Source: an archaeon (GTDB lineage Archaea; Iainarchaeota; Iainarchaeia; Iainarchaeales; CSSED10-239). Taken from it: DNA of 10,670 nucleotides. The notes under the pieces were generated by a model. It did no database searches. It saw nothing but the letters and a program-made list of their open reading frames with translations, and was not told where the DNA came from. This document shows, piece after piece, positions 1 to 7,423 of the stretch; position 1 is the stretch's first letter; each line of letters opens with the position of its first letter. A program made the translations under genes and the position numbers. Location: positions 1 through 10,670 of the forward strand of contig JBAYPN010000025.1 in assembly GCA_041677685.1 (NCBI GenBank), read 5' to 3'.

Positions 1-2
1 AA

Positions 3-416
3 TTGAAAATTTCCGTTAAAGATGCAGTTAAAAGTTTAGAAGATGGTATTAATTATTCAATATCAGTATTTAATAAAAAGAAAATATTAATAAAGGTATT
101 TAAAAAAGAAAGTGTTAAAGAATTATTTAAATTAGTTGATGAAATAAGATCATATAGAAATAAAGTTATACATTCTTGGGCAATTTTTAAAATAAATAAT
201 AAAGTTCCAAGTAAAGAATTCTTAATTAATCTTAAATTTGAAAAATATCACATTTGGAGTTATTTGTACTATCTTCTAAATTATAATTTTAGAACACCAG
301 AAGCAAAAGATGTTATTGAAAATTTTAAAGATAAAAGTGAATTAATTATAGGTTATCATGATGAATTGCTTATAAAAATTAATCTTGTTTGGAAAGATCT
401 ATTGGAGATAAAATAA
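3..416 (+). CDS. HEPN-motif protein, probably the C-terminal part of a gene that continues left of the window
   Basis: The ORF is open to the window edge, and its listed start is only a TTG at nt 3. R52-N-K-V-I-H57 (nt 156-173) fits the HEPN RNase motif Rx4-6H, specifically the RNxxxH form. It sits in a K/E/L-rich, helical-looking context like Abi_2/AbiD-type HEPN proteins. I recognised no other motif. Confidence 0.45.
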   Translation: MKISVKDAVKSLEDGINYSISVFNKKKILIKVFKKESVKELFKLVDEIRSYRNKVIHSWAIFKINNKVPSKEFLINLKFEKYHIWSYLYYLLNYNFRTPEAKDVIENFKDKSELIIGYHDELLIKINLVWKDLLEIK

Positions 417-417
417 C

Positions 418-534
418 ATGGGAAAATATATTTTTGATACTAATTGCTTTTATCAAATTAGTTTTTTAGATGCAGATATAATAATTAATGATATTAATGA
501 ATATTTTTGTTGTTCATTTTTAGAAATTATATAA
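418..534 (+). pseudogene. 38-aa ORF resembling the N-terminus of a PIN or PIN-like (VapC/DUF4411-type) nuclease; probably a truncated remnant
   Basis: I translated it by hand, since it is below the ORF-track cutoff: MGKYIFDTNCFYQISFLDADIIINDINEYFCCSFLEII*. The opening 'YIFDTN' matches the first acidic-residue motif of PIN domains ('xxDTNv'). The ATG lies 1 nt after the upstream TAA (414-416). A complete PIN domain is about 130 aa, and no frame downstream continues it. Confidence 0.3.
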
Positions 535-716
535 ATTTAATTTAGATGAAATTATTTTATAGTATCTTTTCTAAACATCCTTTTCTTTAACTTTAAGTCC
601 TAAATAGCACCAACTAAAAATTATACCTTTATATTCTTTTCTTTCCATATTATATATAATTTATAAATATATTTTAGTTTATAAGAAAACATTTAATAAA
701 AAAGAAAAGATAACAT

Positions 717-2120
717 ATGGGCTTTGGAGACAAACTTAGAGATGCAATTGACAAAGTTAAAAATTCTTTGCATTTTGATAAAGACTTAATTAAGGAAGTA
801 ATTAAAGATATTCAAAGAGCTTTAATATCTTCTGATGTTAACATACAGCTTGTTCTAAAGATCTCTAAGGAAATAGAAACACAAGCCTTTGAAAAAATAC
901 CTGATGGGGTTACAAGAAAAGAACATATTGTAAAAACCTGTTATGAAGTTCTTTTAAAATACCTTGGAGGAAGCCAAACACAAACTTTACCAGAAAACCC
1001 AAAATCAATTCTTTTGTGTGGATTGTTTGGTTCTGGAAAGACAACAACTGCTGCAAAGTTAGCAAAGTTCTATAACAAGAGAGGCTTTAAGACAGGGCTT
1101 ATCTGTGCAGATGTTTATAGACCTGCAGCCTACGAGCAACTTAAACAATTATCAGAACAGGTTGGGTGTGTTTTCTATGGAAATCCAAAATTAAAAAATG
1201 CAGCACAAGTGACCAAAGAAGGACTGGACTTTTTAAAAAAAGAAGCAGTTAATCTAATTATTGTTGACTCTGCAGGAAGAAGTGCTTTAGACCAAGAACT
1301 TACAAAAGAATTAGATGAAATCAATTCAATTTTAAAACCAGAATTCTCATTCTTAGTTCTTTCAGCAGACATCGGACAAGCAGCAAAAGACCAAGCAGAG
1401 AAGTTTAACCAAATTGTTGGAATCAAGGGCGTTATTATTACCAAGCTTGATGGTTCTGCAAAAGGTGGTGGTGCATTAACTGCCTGCTATATTACCAAAT
1501 CTCCAATCTACTTTATTGGAACTGGGGAAAAGATAGATGACATAGAGTTATTTGATGCAAATAGATATCTTTCAAGGATCTTAGGCTTTGGAGACTTACA
1601 ATCACTTCTTGAAAAAGTAAATGAGTTTTCTAAAGATGAAGACTTAAGTGATGTTGATCCCAATCAATTGTTAAGTGGAGACTTTACATTTAATCTTTTT
1701 AAAAAACAAATAAAAGCTGCAAAAAAACTTGGACCTTTTTCTAAAGTTATAAACATGCTTGGGATTGGAAATAAGCTTTCAAAAGATCAACTTAATGTTG
1801 GTCAGGATAAAATGAAAAAATATAATTATATTTTAGATTCTTTTACAAAAAAAGAACTAGACTCAGAACCAAGCTTTGTTACTCGTGCAAGAATTGAAAG
1901 AATTGCTAAGGGTTCAGGAACTTCCTTTGAAGAAGTTAGAGAACTAATCTCTCATGTGAAAAAAATGAAAAAGATGTTTAGACAATTTGGTTCTAGAGGA
2001 GGAGACATGAACTCAATGATGAAAAAGATGATGGGTGGGAAGATGCCTGATATGTCAAAACTTGAGGGAATGGATCCTAAACAAGTTGAAGAGATTACAA
2101 AGTCCTTTAAATATAAATGA
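717..2120 (+). CDS. srp54: Signal recognition particle 54 kDa protein (SRP54), archaeal type
   Basis: The full N-G-M architecture is present. GTPase motifs are G1 GLFGSGKTTT (from nt 1020), ADVYRPAA, G3 DSAGR, G4 TKLDG and G5 GTGEK. The M domain has 'LGPFSKVINMLG' and a Met-rich tail (MNSMMKKMMGGKMPDM). Stretches such as LIKEVIKDIQRAL, YRPAAYEQLKQL and TKLDGSAKGGGAL are near-identical to archaeal SRP54 as I remember the Methanocaldococcus sequence, and not to bacterial Ffh. Confidence 0.95.
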   Translation: MGFGDKLRDAIDKVKNSLHFDKDLIKEVIKDIQRALISSDVNIQLVLKISKEIETQAFEKIPDGVTRKEHIVKTCYEVLLKYLGGSQTQTLPENPKSILLCGLFGSGKTTTAAKLAKFYNKRGFKTGLICADVYRPAAYEQLKQLSEQVGCVFYGNPKLKNAAQVTKEGLDFLKKEAVNLIIVDSAGRSALDQELTKELDEINSILKPEFSFLVLSADIGQAAKDQAEKFNQIVGIKGVIITKLDGSAKGGGALTACYITKSPIYFIGTGEKIDDIELFDANRYLSRILGFGDLQSLLEKVNEFSKDEDLSDVDPNQLLSGDFTFNLFKKQIKAAKKLGPFSKVINMLGIGNKLSKDQLNVGQDKMKKYNYILDSFTKKELDSEPSFVTRARIERIAKGSGTSFEEVRELISHVKKMKKMFRQFGSRGGDMNSMMKKMMGGKMPDMSKLEGMDPKQVEEITKSFKYK

Positions 2121-2161
2121 TTTGGAATTAAAAAAATTATAAGTTATAATTAAGAAAAAAT

Positions 2162-3124
2162 ATGGTTTTAAAAAATAGATCCTTAAAAAGAAGTGAAAAG
2201 CTTCCAAGTAAAGAACCTCGCAAATATAAAATAGTCGCAAAAACAATTAAAAAAAGGGGAGCACTATCAATTACAAAAGAAAAAATTAAATTTAAAAATT
2301 TAAAACATCCTCGTGAGAAATTTAAGGACAAAGAATCAAGATTGATTGTTGACAAAATAATTGAAAATTTTTCAAGAACAAGGCATATAAGTATGGAGGA
2401 TTATGCAAAAAAACATTACCCATGTAGATTTGAAGCAGTTGGAGTTATTGATGCAGCAAAAAAACTTATAAATTTACACAACAATAATCTAATTAAAACT
2501 AAAGGAGAAGCATATCATTTTTTTTTACCACTTGATGGAATGTCTCCTGGTGGGTATTTTTATAAAGGCATACTTGAACAAATTGCACCTAAGGCAAGAG
2601 TTACCTTTTTAGTAACCCCAAGTTCTTCTGGTGGTCTTAACACCCAATCATTGTCTAATCTAAAAAAAAATTTATCTAAGTCTTTAAATAAATTTGATAA
2701 GCATTTTATTGTTATTGATTATATAACAACTGAGACAAAAACTATGAATAAAATTTCATTAGTCTTGTCCGAAATTTATGACAGGCCTATTGAAGTTGAG
2801 GGTGTTTATTCTCCTGAGTACAATAAAGATTTATATATTCGCCATGGTGGGGTTGGAATTAAAAATGTTTCTGAAAGAAGAGAACATAATAGGAGCAGAA
2901 ATAAAGATTCTGATGGAAGCAAATCTGTTCCAATAAGTGAAAGATATAAACAAGAATTTAGTTATTGGAACCTAAAATTAGGGAAAAGTAATCCTAATTA
3001 CAATAAAGAAATATATAAAAGATTAAAACTTGATGAAAAAGTTAAAGCTTACACCTATTATTATCTAGGTAATGAATTTATTCATGAAGCTATGAAATAT
3101 AACAGAGAGATTAAGGCAAGATAA
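2162..3124 (+). CDS. Hypothetical protein with a Lys/Arg-rich N-terminal ~65 aa; weak resemblance to a type I phosphoribosyltransferase fold with a degenerate PRPP loop
   Basis: A 320-aa ORF packed between srp54 (41-nt gap) and the peptidase gene (2-nt gap). 'FIVIDYITTETKT' (aa 182-194, nt 2705-2743) resembles the PRPP-binding motif of four hydrophobic residues, two acidic residues, then xxTTGxT. The second acidic residue is Tyr and the Gly residues are missing. Upstream, 'FFLPLDGMSPGGYF' loosely resembles the PRTase 'xxGIxRGGxxxA' loop. The function call is speculative. Confidence 0.55.
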   Translation: MVLKNRSLKRSEKLPSKEPRKYKIVAKTIKKRGALSITKEKIKFKNLKHPREKFKDKESRLIVDKIIENFSRTRHISMEDYAKKHYPCRFEAVGVIDAAKKLINLHNNNLIKTKGEAYHFFLPLDGMSPGGYFYKGILEQIAPKARVTFLVTPSSSGGLNTQSLSNLKKNLSKSLNKFDKHFIVIDYITTETKTMNKISLVLSEIYDRPIEVEGVYSPEYNKDLYIRHGGVGIKNVSERREHNRSRNKDSDGSKSVPISERYKQEFSYWNLKLGKSNPNYNKEIYKRLKLDEKVKAYTYYYLGNEFIHEAMKYNREIKAR

Positions 3125-3126
3125 AT

Positions 3127-3981
3127 ATGTTTCATCCATTATTAATTATTAAAATCATAATTATTTTAGTAGCCACAGCAATTGCAGCATACACCGACCA
3201 TAAGACTAGCTATATTTACAATTGGTTAACATTTCCTCTAATAGTTATTGGTCTAATTTTAACAGCTTTAGAGTCTTTTGTTCTCACAAACCCTTTAGGT
3301 TACATTTATTTTCTAAAAGTTATCTCGATTGCAATAATCATCTATCTTTTAGGATATATTTTCTATTATTTTGGAAAATTAGGAGGAGGGGACATTAAAA
3401 TATTTATAGGTATTCATTTGGTCTTACCTTACTATGCCTCCCAGTTAACAATTCTTTGGTTACTTATCTTTTCCTCACTTCTTGCAGTAATGTTTGTTTC
3501 TTTAAAATATTTAATAAAGTTATATACAATTCTTAAATGGAAGGCTTGGAAAAAAATATTACTAAAAAAGAAATTTCAAATATTTAAAGTTATAATCTTA
3601 TTTGTTGCTTTTGTTTTTGTTATTGGGTATTCTATAAAGACTTTACAATTACCAAAATTATATTTTCTATTATTAGTTCCAATAATCTTAGGTTTAAAGA
3701 CAATGATCTTTGAAGAAGAAATTAGAAAGCACATCTACTTAAAAAGAAAAGAAATAAAGGACCTTGAAGATGGAGATGTTCTAGCAATTGACTTTATACC
3801 AAAAGCTATGTTACTAAAATTGAACTTAGGGAAAAGAGAGGTCTTAGAAGAAAAAGACATAATTAAAATTAAAAAACTTAATCTTAAGACCCTTCCAATT
3901 TATGATAATCTTCCAAGGTTTGGACCATTCATTCTTTTAGGTATGATTGTTTTTTTAGTTGTTGGTAAATATCTACTTTAA
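3127..3981 (+). CDS. Peptidase A24 family: type IV prepilin / archaeal preflagellin (FlaK/PibD-like) aspartyl signal peptidase
   Basis: A polytopic membrane protein. The first catalytic Asp lies in 'AAYTDHKTSYIYNW' (D24, nt 3196-3198). The second lies in the GxGD motif 'LGGGDIKIF' (D89, nt 3391-3393). The conserved C-terminal 'PRFGPFILLG' is present. A hydrophilic insert of about 67 aa (aa 196-262, nt 3712-3912) precedes the last transmembrane helix. Confidence 0.8.
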   Translation: MFHPLLIIKIIIILVATAIAAYTDHKTSYIYNWLTFPLIVIGLILTALESFVLTNPLGYIYFLKVISIAIIIYLLGYIFYYFGKLGGGDIKIFIGIHLVLPYYASQLTILWLLIFSSLLAVMFVSLKYLIKLYTILKWKAWKKILLKKKFQIFKVIILFVAFVFVIGYSIKTLQLPKLYFLLLVPIILGLKTMIFEEEIRKHIYLKRKEIKDLEDGDVLAIDFIPKAMLLKLNLGKREVLEEKDIIKIKKLNLKTLPIYDNLPRFGPFILLGMIVFLVVGKYLL

Positions 3982-3997
3982 ATTTAAAATCATTTTT

Positions 3998-4097
3998 AAA
4001 TTGTAGACAAAGATTTAAGATAAATTAATTTGTAAAAAGTAATTAAATTTAAAATTGTAAATTTGTAAAAGAAACAGTGAAATTGTATGTTTGTAAA
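3998..4097. promoter_or_regulatory. Cluster of AAATTGTA / TTTGTAAA motifs upstream of and overlapping the permease start codon; candidate operator or promoter element
   Basis: AAATTGTA occurs at 3998-4005, 4052-4059 and 4080-4087. TTTGTAAA occurs at 4029-4036, 4062-4069 and 4090-4097. The composite AAATTGTA-NN-TTTGTAAA occurs twice, 28 nt apart (4052-4069 and 4080-4097, 16/18 identical), and the second copy contains the ATG at 4087. ATTGTAAAT recurs just after the permease stop codon (5271-5279). Confidence 0.35.
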
Positions 4098-5265
4098 TAA
4101 ATTAAATTTTTCTATGTTGTTTAAGAAGGCTTCCTCTAAGCTAATCTTAATTACTTTCTTTATCTCTTTGGGCTTAGGGGTTTTAGATAGTGTGTTTAGT
4201 ATCTATTTAGAGTCTGTTTTTGGAAATCCAGCAATGGTTGGTTTTATAAGTGGTTTTTTGGTGTTTTTAATGTTACTTACTTATTTGTACCTTACTCAAA
4301 TGTACAGTAAATATAAGGTTACACAGGTGTGGTTTTTTAGTACAATTGCACTTGCCTTTTCTTTGTTTGCTTTATATTTTTTTAAGTCAGTTTTTATGGT
4401 TTTAATTTTTTTAATAATCTTTGAGATTTCTTTAGCTCTACATTATAATGCAACTCCAATCCTTTTATACAATTCAACAACCCTTGCAAACCTTGGGCAG
4501 GTTGAAGGAAAATATTACACTTTTAGAAATTTGGGATGGGTTGTTGGTCCTCTTTTAGGAAGTGTTATTTTATTGGAGTTTGGTTTGGTTACTAATTTCA
4601 TTTTTATATTTTTATTTATCTTTATTGGTTGGTTTTTGTTCACATATTTTGAGATAAAATCATTTGAAGAGCAAGAATCCCCAATTGTTACAGTTAAAAG
4701 CATTCATCAAAATCTTTTTGCTTTTTTTAAAAATAAAGAGCTATTAAAGATTTATTTTTTAAAAGGTGGATTGTCTTTTTATTGGGGGTTAATCTATGTG
4801 TTTACTCCTCTTTTTATAATTGAGCATTTGCCTGTTTATTATGTTGGTGTTTTTCTATTTATCTTAGCAATTCCTGTTGTACTTTTAGAGCATATGGTTG
4901 GTAAGTATGTGGATACTCATAGTGTTAAACCAGTTTTTATAATTGGTTTTTTTCTAATGTCTTTTTTCACACTTGTAGCTTACATCTTTTCAAACATATA
5001 TGTAACATTATTTTTCTTATTCCTTTCTGTTTTAGGTGCTACTTTTGTTGAACCTACAGTTGAGTATTATTTTTTTAAAGTAATTCATAAAAATGAGGTT
5101 AATAAGAAATATGGGGTTTATAGAACATCTGATTCTTTATTTAGTTTATTTTGTAGATTTTCTTGTGCCTTTTTACTTTTGTTTTTTACATTAAAGGAAT
5201 TGTATTTGTATGCTGGAATAATTTTAAGTTTATTTCTTTTTGTTGCTGTAAAGGTTATTGATTGA
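4087..5265 (+). CDS. Polytopic membrane permease, probably major facilitator superfamily (MFS)
   Basis: A 392-aa protein with about 11-12 hydrophobic segments. 'MVGKYVDTHSVKPVF', between late helices, resembles the MFS motif-A-like loop (GxLxDRxGRK). No first-half motif A is recognisable. The start codon is uncertain because another ATG lies 9 codons downstream (MLFKKASS...). Confidence 0.55.
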   Translation: MFVNKLNFSMLFKKASSKLILITFFISLGLGVLDSVFSIYLESVFGNPAMVGFISGFLVFLMLLTYLYLTQMYSKYKVTQVWFFSTIALAFSLFALYFFKSVFMVLIFLIIFEISLALHYNATPILLYNSTTLANLGQVEGKYYTFRNLGWVVGPLLGSVILLEFGLVTNFIFIFLFIFIGWFLFTYFEIKSFEEQESPIVTVKSIHQNLFAFFKNKELLKIYFLKGGLSFYWGLIYVFTPLFIIEHLPVYYVGVFLFILAIPVVLLEHMVGKYVDTHSVKPVFIIGFFLMSFFTLVAYIFSNIYVTLFFLFLSVLGATFVEPTVEYYFFKVIHKNEVNKKYGVYRTSDSLFSLFCRFSCAFLLLFFTLKELYLYAGIILSLFLFVAVKVID

Positions 5266-5329
5266 GTGTGATTGTAAATAGTTAGATGTTAAATATAAAA
5301 ATTAGTTTTATAAAAAAAGAAAGAAAAAC

Positions 5330-6442
5330 ATGAGTTATAAAATAATTAAAAAAGATCTAAAAACAAAAGCAAGAATTGGAATTTTAGAAACTGCACATGG
5401 AACTGTTAAGACTCCTTTCTTTATGCCTGTTGTTACTAAGGGGATTGCAAAGTTTATAACCTTAAATCATTTGGATGAAATTAAGACACAGTGCTTTATT
5501 TCAAATGCCTATCTTCTATATCTTAAACCAGGAGAAGGACTTTTAAAAAAAACAAAAGGTTATCATAATTTTATAAATTGGAAAAAACCAATTTTTACTG
5601 ACTCTGGTGGCTTTCAATTAAAAAATAAAGAATTTTTTATTTCAATGACTGAAAAAGGAGTTTGGTTTAGATCTCCATATGATGGAAGTAAACATTTTAT
5701 GTCTCCTGAAAGAGTTATGGAGTTACAGAATATTATTGGTTCAGATGTTGGAATGGTTTTAGATGATATGCAGGATGCTAACTTGAACAGGAAAGATTAT
5801 GAGAAGGCAGTTGAGAATACTATCTCTTGGGCAAAAAGAGCAATAGCTGTGCATAAAAATAAGAACCAATTGATTTTTGGAATTGTGCAGGGTGGGACAG
5901 ATAGAGACTTAAGAGAGAAATGTGCAAAGGAAATTAATAAGTTGCCATTTGATGGAATTGCAATTGGTGGGCTTGCTCTTGGGGAATCTAAAGAGAATAT
6001 GCATAAGGCAATTGATTATTCTTTAGAAAATTTAGATGAAAGTAAGATTAAATATTTGATGGGGGTTGGTTCTCCTGAAGACATTATTCTTTCAATCTCA
6101 AAAGGAGTTGATTGTTTTGATTCTATTTACCCTACAAAAATGGCAAGACACGGGCATATCTTTACAAGGAAAGGTCCAATTAATTTAAAGAAAGCAAAGT
6201 ATAAGGTTGTCTTTGAACCAATTGAGAGATGTTGTGATTGTCCAACTTGTAAGAGGCATACTCTTGCATATTTACATCATCTTTTAAGACAGGATGAGCC
6301 TGGAGTTAAGATTTTATTATCTTTGCATAACATTAGATTTATTCATAAGCTTTTAGAAGAAGCAAGAGAGGAGATTGAAAAAGGAAATTTTGAAGAGTTC
6401 TCTAAGAATTTTTTAAAGGAGTATAAGAGGGAGAAGTTATGA
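5330..6442 (+). CDS. tgt: tRNA-guanine transglycosylase, short bacterial/eukaryotic (queuine-type) architecture without archaeosine-TGT C-terminal/PUA domains
   Basis: Family motifs present: TPFFMPV, FTDSGGFQ, SDVGMVLDD, LIFGIVQGG, FDGIAIGGLALGE, YLMGVGSPEDI, FDSIYPTKMARHGHIF, the Zn site CDCPTC...H (CCDCPTCKRHTLAYLHHL), and LSLHNIRF. It aligns by eye nearly without gaps to E. coli Tgt as remembered. It does not resemble archaeal ArcTGT motifs (DSGSFQ, PIGGVVP, FGAGHP). Confidence 0.9.
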   Translation: MSYKIIKKDLKTKARIGILETAHGTVKTPFFMPVVTKGIAKFITLNHLDEIKTQCFISNAYLLYLKPGEGLLKKTKGYHNFINWKKPIFTDSGGFQLKNKEFFISMTEKGVWFRSPYDGSKHFMSPERVMELQNIIGSDVGMVLDDMQDANLNRKDYEKAVENTISWAKRAIAVHKNKNQLIFGIVQGGTDRDLREKCAKEINKLPFDGIAIGGLALGESKENMHKAIDYSLENLDESKIKYLMGVGSPEDIILSISKGVDCFDSIYPTKMARHGHIFTRKGPINLKKAKYKVVFEPIERCCDCPTCKRHTLAYLHHLLRQDEPGVKILLSLHNIRFIHKLLEEAREEIEKGNFEEFSKNFLKEYKREKL

Positions 6443-7005
6443 GATTTAGTACAGAAAGATTAATATTAAAATCATTGGAATTATCTTTTGCAGATGACTT
6501 TGTGGAGGGTTTAAATAATTTAAATGTTAGTAAAAATTTAAAGACTGTGCCTCACCCTTATGCAAAAAAGGATGCAATCAATTGGATTAAAAAGAATATT
6601 AAAGAAAAGAAAAAAACAAAATTTTTATTTGGAATTTATTTAAAATCTGAAAAAAAGATAATTGGAGTTGTTGACTTTTCAATCAATAAAGATAATTTGG
6701 TTGCAAGGAGTGGTTCTTGGATTAATGAAAAATATTGGAGACAGGGGTTTGTTACTGAAGCAAAGATTGTAGTTATAGACTATTTATTTAAAAATCATAA
6801 GATAAGAAAATTTTTTACACAAGTCTATTCAGGAAACATTGCCTCTAGAAAGGCAATAATGAAATTGGGTTATAAAAAGGAAGGGTTGTTAAGAAAAAAT
6901 TCAATTTCTAAAGCTACTGGGAAGATTCATGATGTAATTGCTTTAGGATTATTAAAAGAAGAATGGGAAGAAAGAAGAAAATCTTTAATTAGTAAATTTA
7001 AGTAA
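6439..7005 (+). CDS. GNAT family N-acetyltransferase, RimJ/RimL-like (Acetyltransf_3)
   Basis: The N-terminus 'MRFSTERLILKSLELSFADDF' is typical of the RimJ/RimL subfamily. 'WRQGFVTEA' lies in the acetyl-CoA-binding region and 'GYKKEGLLRK' is the usual C-terminal motif. Its ATG overlaps the tgt TGA stop (ATGA at 6439-6442). It is preceded by GAGGGAG (6427-6433), the only clear SD-like sequence in the window. Confidence 0.8.
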   Translation: MRFSTERLILKSLELSFADDFVEGLNNLNVSKNLKTVPHPYAKKDAINWIKKNIKEKKKTKFLFGIYLKSEKKIIGVVDFSINKDNLVARSGSWINEKYWRQGFVTEAKIVVIDYLFKNHKIRKFFTQVYSGNIASRKAIMKLGYKKEGLLRKNSISKATGKIHDVIALGLLKEEWEERRKSLISKFK

Positions 7006-7423
7006 ACCAACTTGCAATTTTTAAAAAGAACTTAGAGGTATTAATTTTTAATTTATTAAAAAACCCCTTAGCTTCAAGAAATACTTCTTTTTCTTTAATT
7101 GCTTTTGAGAGATCATTAACCATGTCTTGGGAGTTAATCAATTGATTAATTTTTTCCTCTTTTGCTTTTATTTTTAGTGTATATTCTTCTAAGTTTTCTT
7201 TACTAAATTGGTAGGTCTCTTCTTTCTTTTCTAAAATTAATTGGTAGAAATTTCCATCAATCTTTTGAATATCAAATCTTATTTTTTGTTTGTCAATATT
7301 GTTTTTTAGAAACTTTGGAAGATCATCTTTGTTTTCTATAAACTTCTGTGCAGCTTTATCTAAATTATTATAGTAGTAAGCTATATCTATTGATTCTGAA
7401 AATAATTTTGTTGAGAGAAACAT
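6998..7423 (-). CDS. Hypothetical K/E-rich, probably coiled-coil protein; the true N-terminus may lie upstream (see frameshift finding)
   Basis: A 141-aa ORF with no recognisable domain. Its stop codon overlaps the convergent GNAT gene by 8 nt. The reading frame stays open for 47 more codons upstream of the listed ATG. The residues just upstream (KKITLLLTIITTT) look like a signal anchor. Confidence 0.5.
   Translation of the reverse strand: MFLSTKLFSESIDIAYYYNNLDKAAQKFIENKDDLPKFLKNNIDKQKIRFDIQKIDGNFYQLILEKKEETYQFSKENLEEYTLKIKAKEEKINQLINSQDMVNDLSKAIKEKEVFLEAKGFFNKLKINTSKFFLKIASWFT

Noticed and set aside
358-364. C-box-like ATGATGA that could indicate a C/D box sRNA
   Set aside because: It lies inside the HEPN-motif coding frame. 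It has no appropriately spaced D box (CTGA), no C'/D' pair and no terminal stem.
571-648. 25-aa minus-strand ORF (MERKEYKGIIFSWCYLGLKVKEKDV) in the spacer upstream of srp54
   Set aside because: It is too short, has no motif and no supporting signals. An ORF of this size is expected by chance.
678-685. Archaeal TATA-box candidates: TTTATAAG at 678-685 upstream of srp54 and TATATTTAA at 9119-9127 upstream of the nuclease gene, each about 30-36 nt before the ATG
   Set aside because: The positions would suit leaderless archaeal transcripts. In DNA this AT-rich, TATA-like strings occur almost everywhere, so I cannot support them as features without transcription start site data.
1175-1444. 89-aa minus-strand ORF inside srp54, and similar shadow ORFs at 2055-2246(-), 2137-2355(-), 4515-4703(-), 8051-8485(+) and 8669-8929(+)
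   Set aside because: All lie antisense to, or overlap, much better supported genes. Their composition is low-complexity and F/L/I/S-rich, as expected from reading AT-rich coding DNA backwards. None carries a recognisable motif.
5330-6442. Tgt paralogue acting as a DpdA-type DNA 7-deazaguanine transglycosylase in a Dpd-like modification system
   Set aside because: The protein retains essentially every canonical tRNA-Tgt motif and aligns almost without gaps to bacterial Tgt as I remember it. No dpdB, dpdC or helicase-like neighbours are present. I kept only a minor caveat in the tgt finding.
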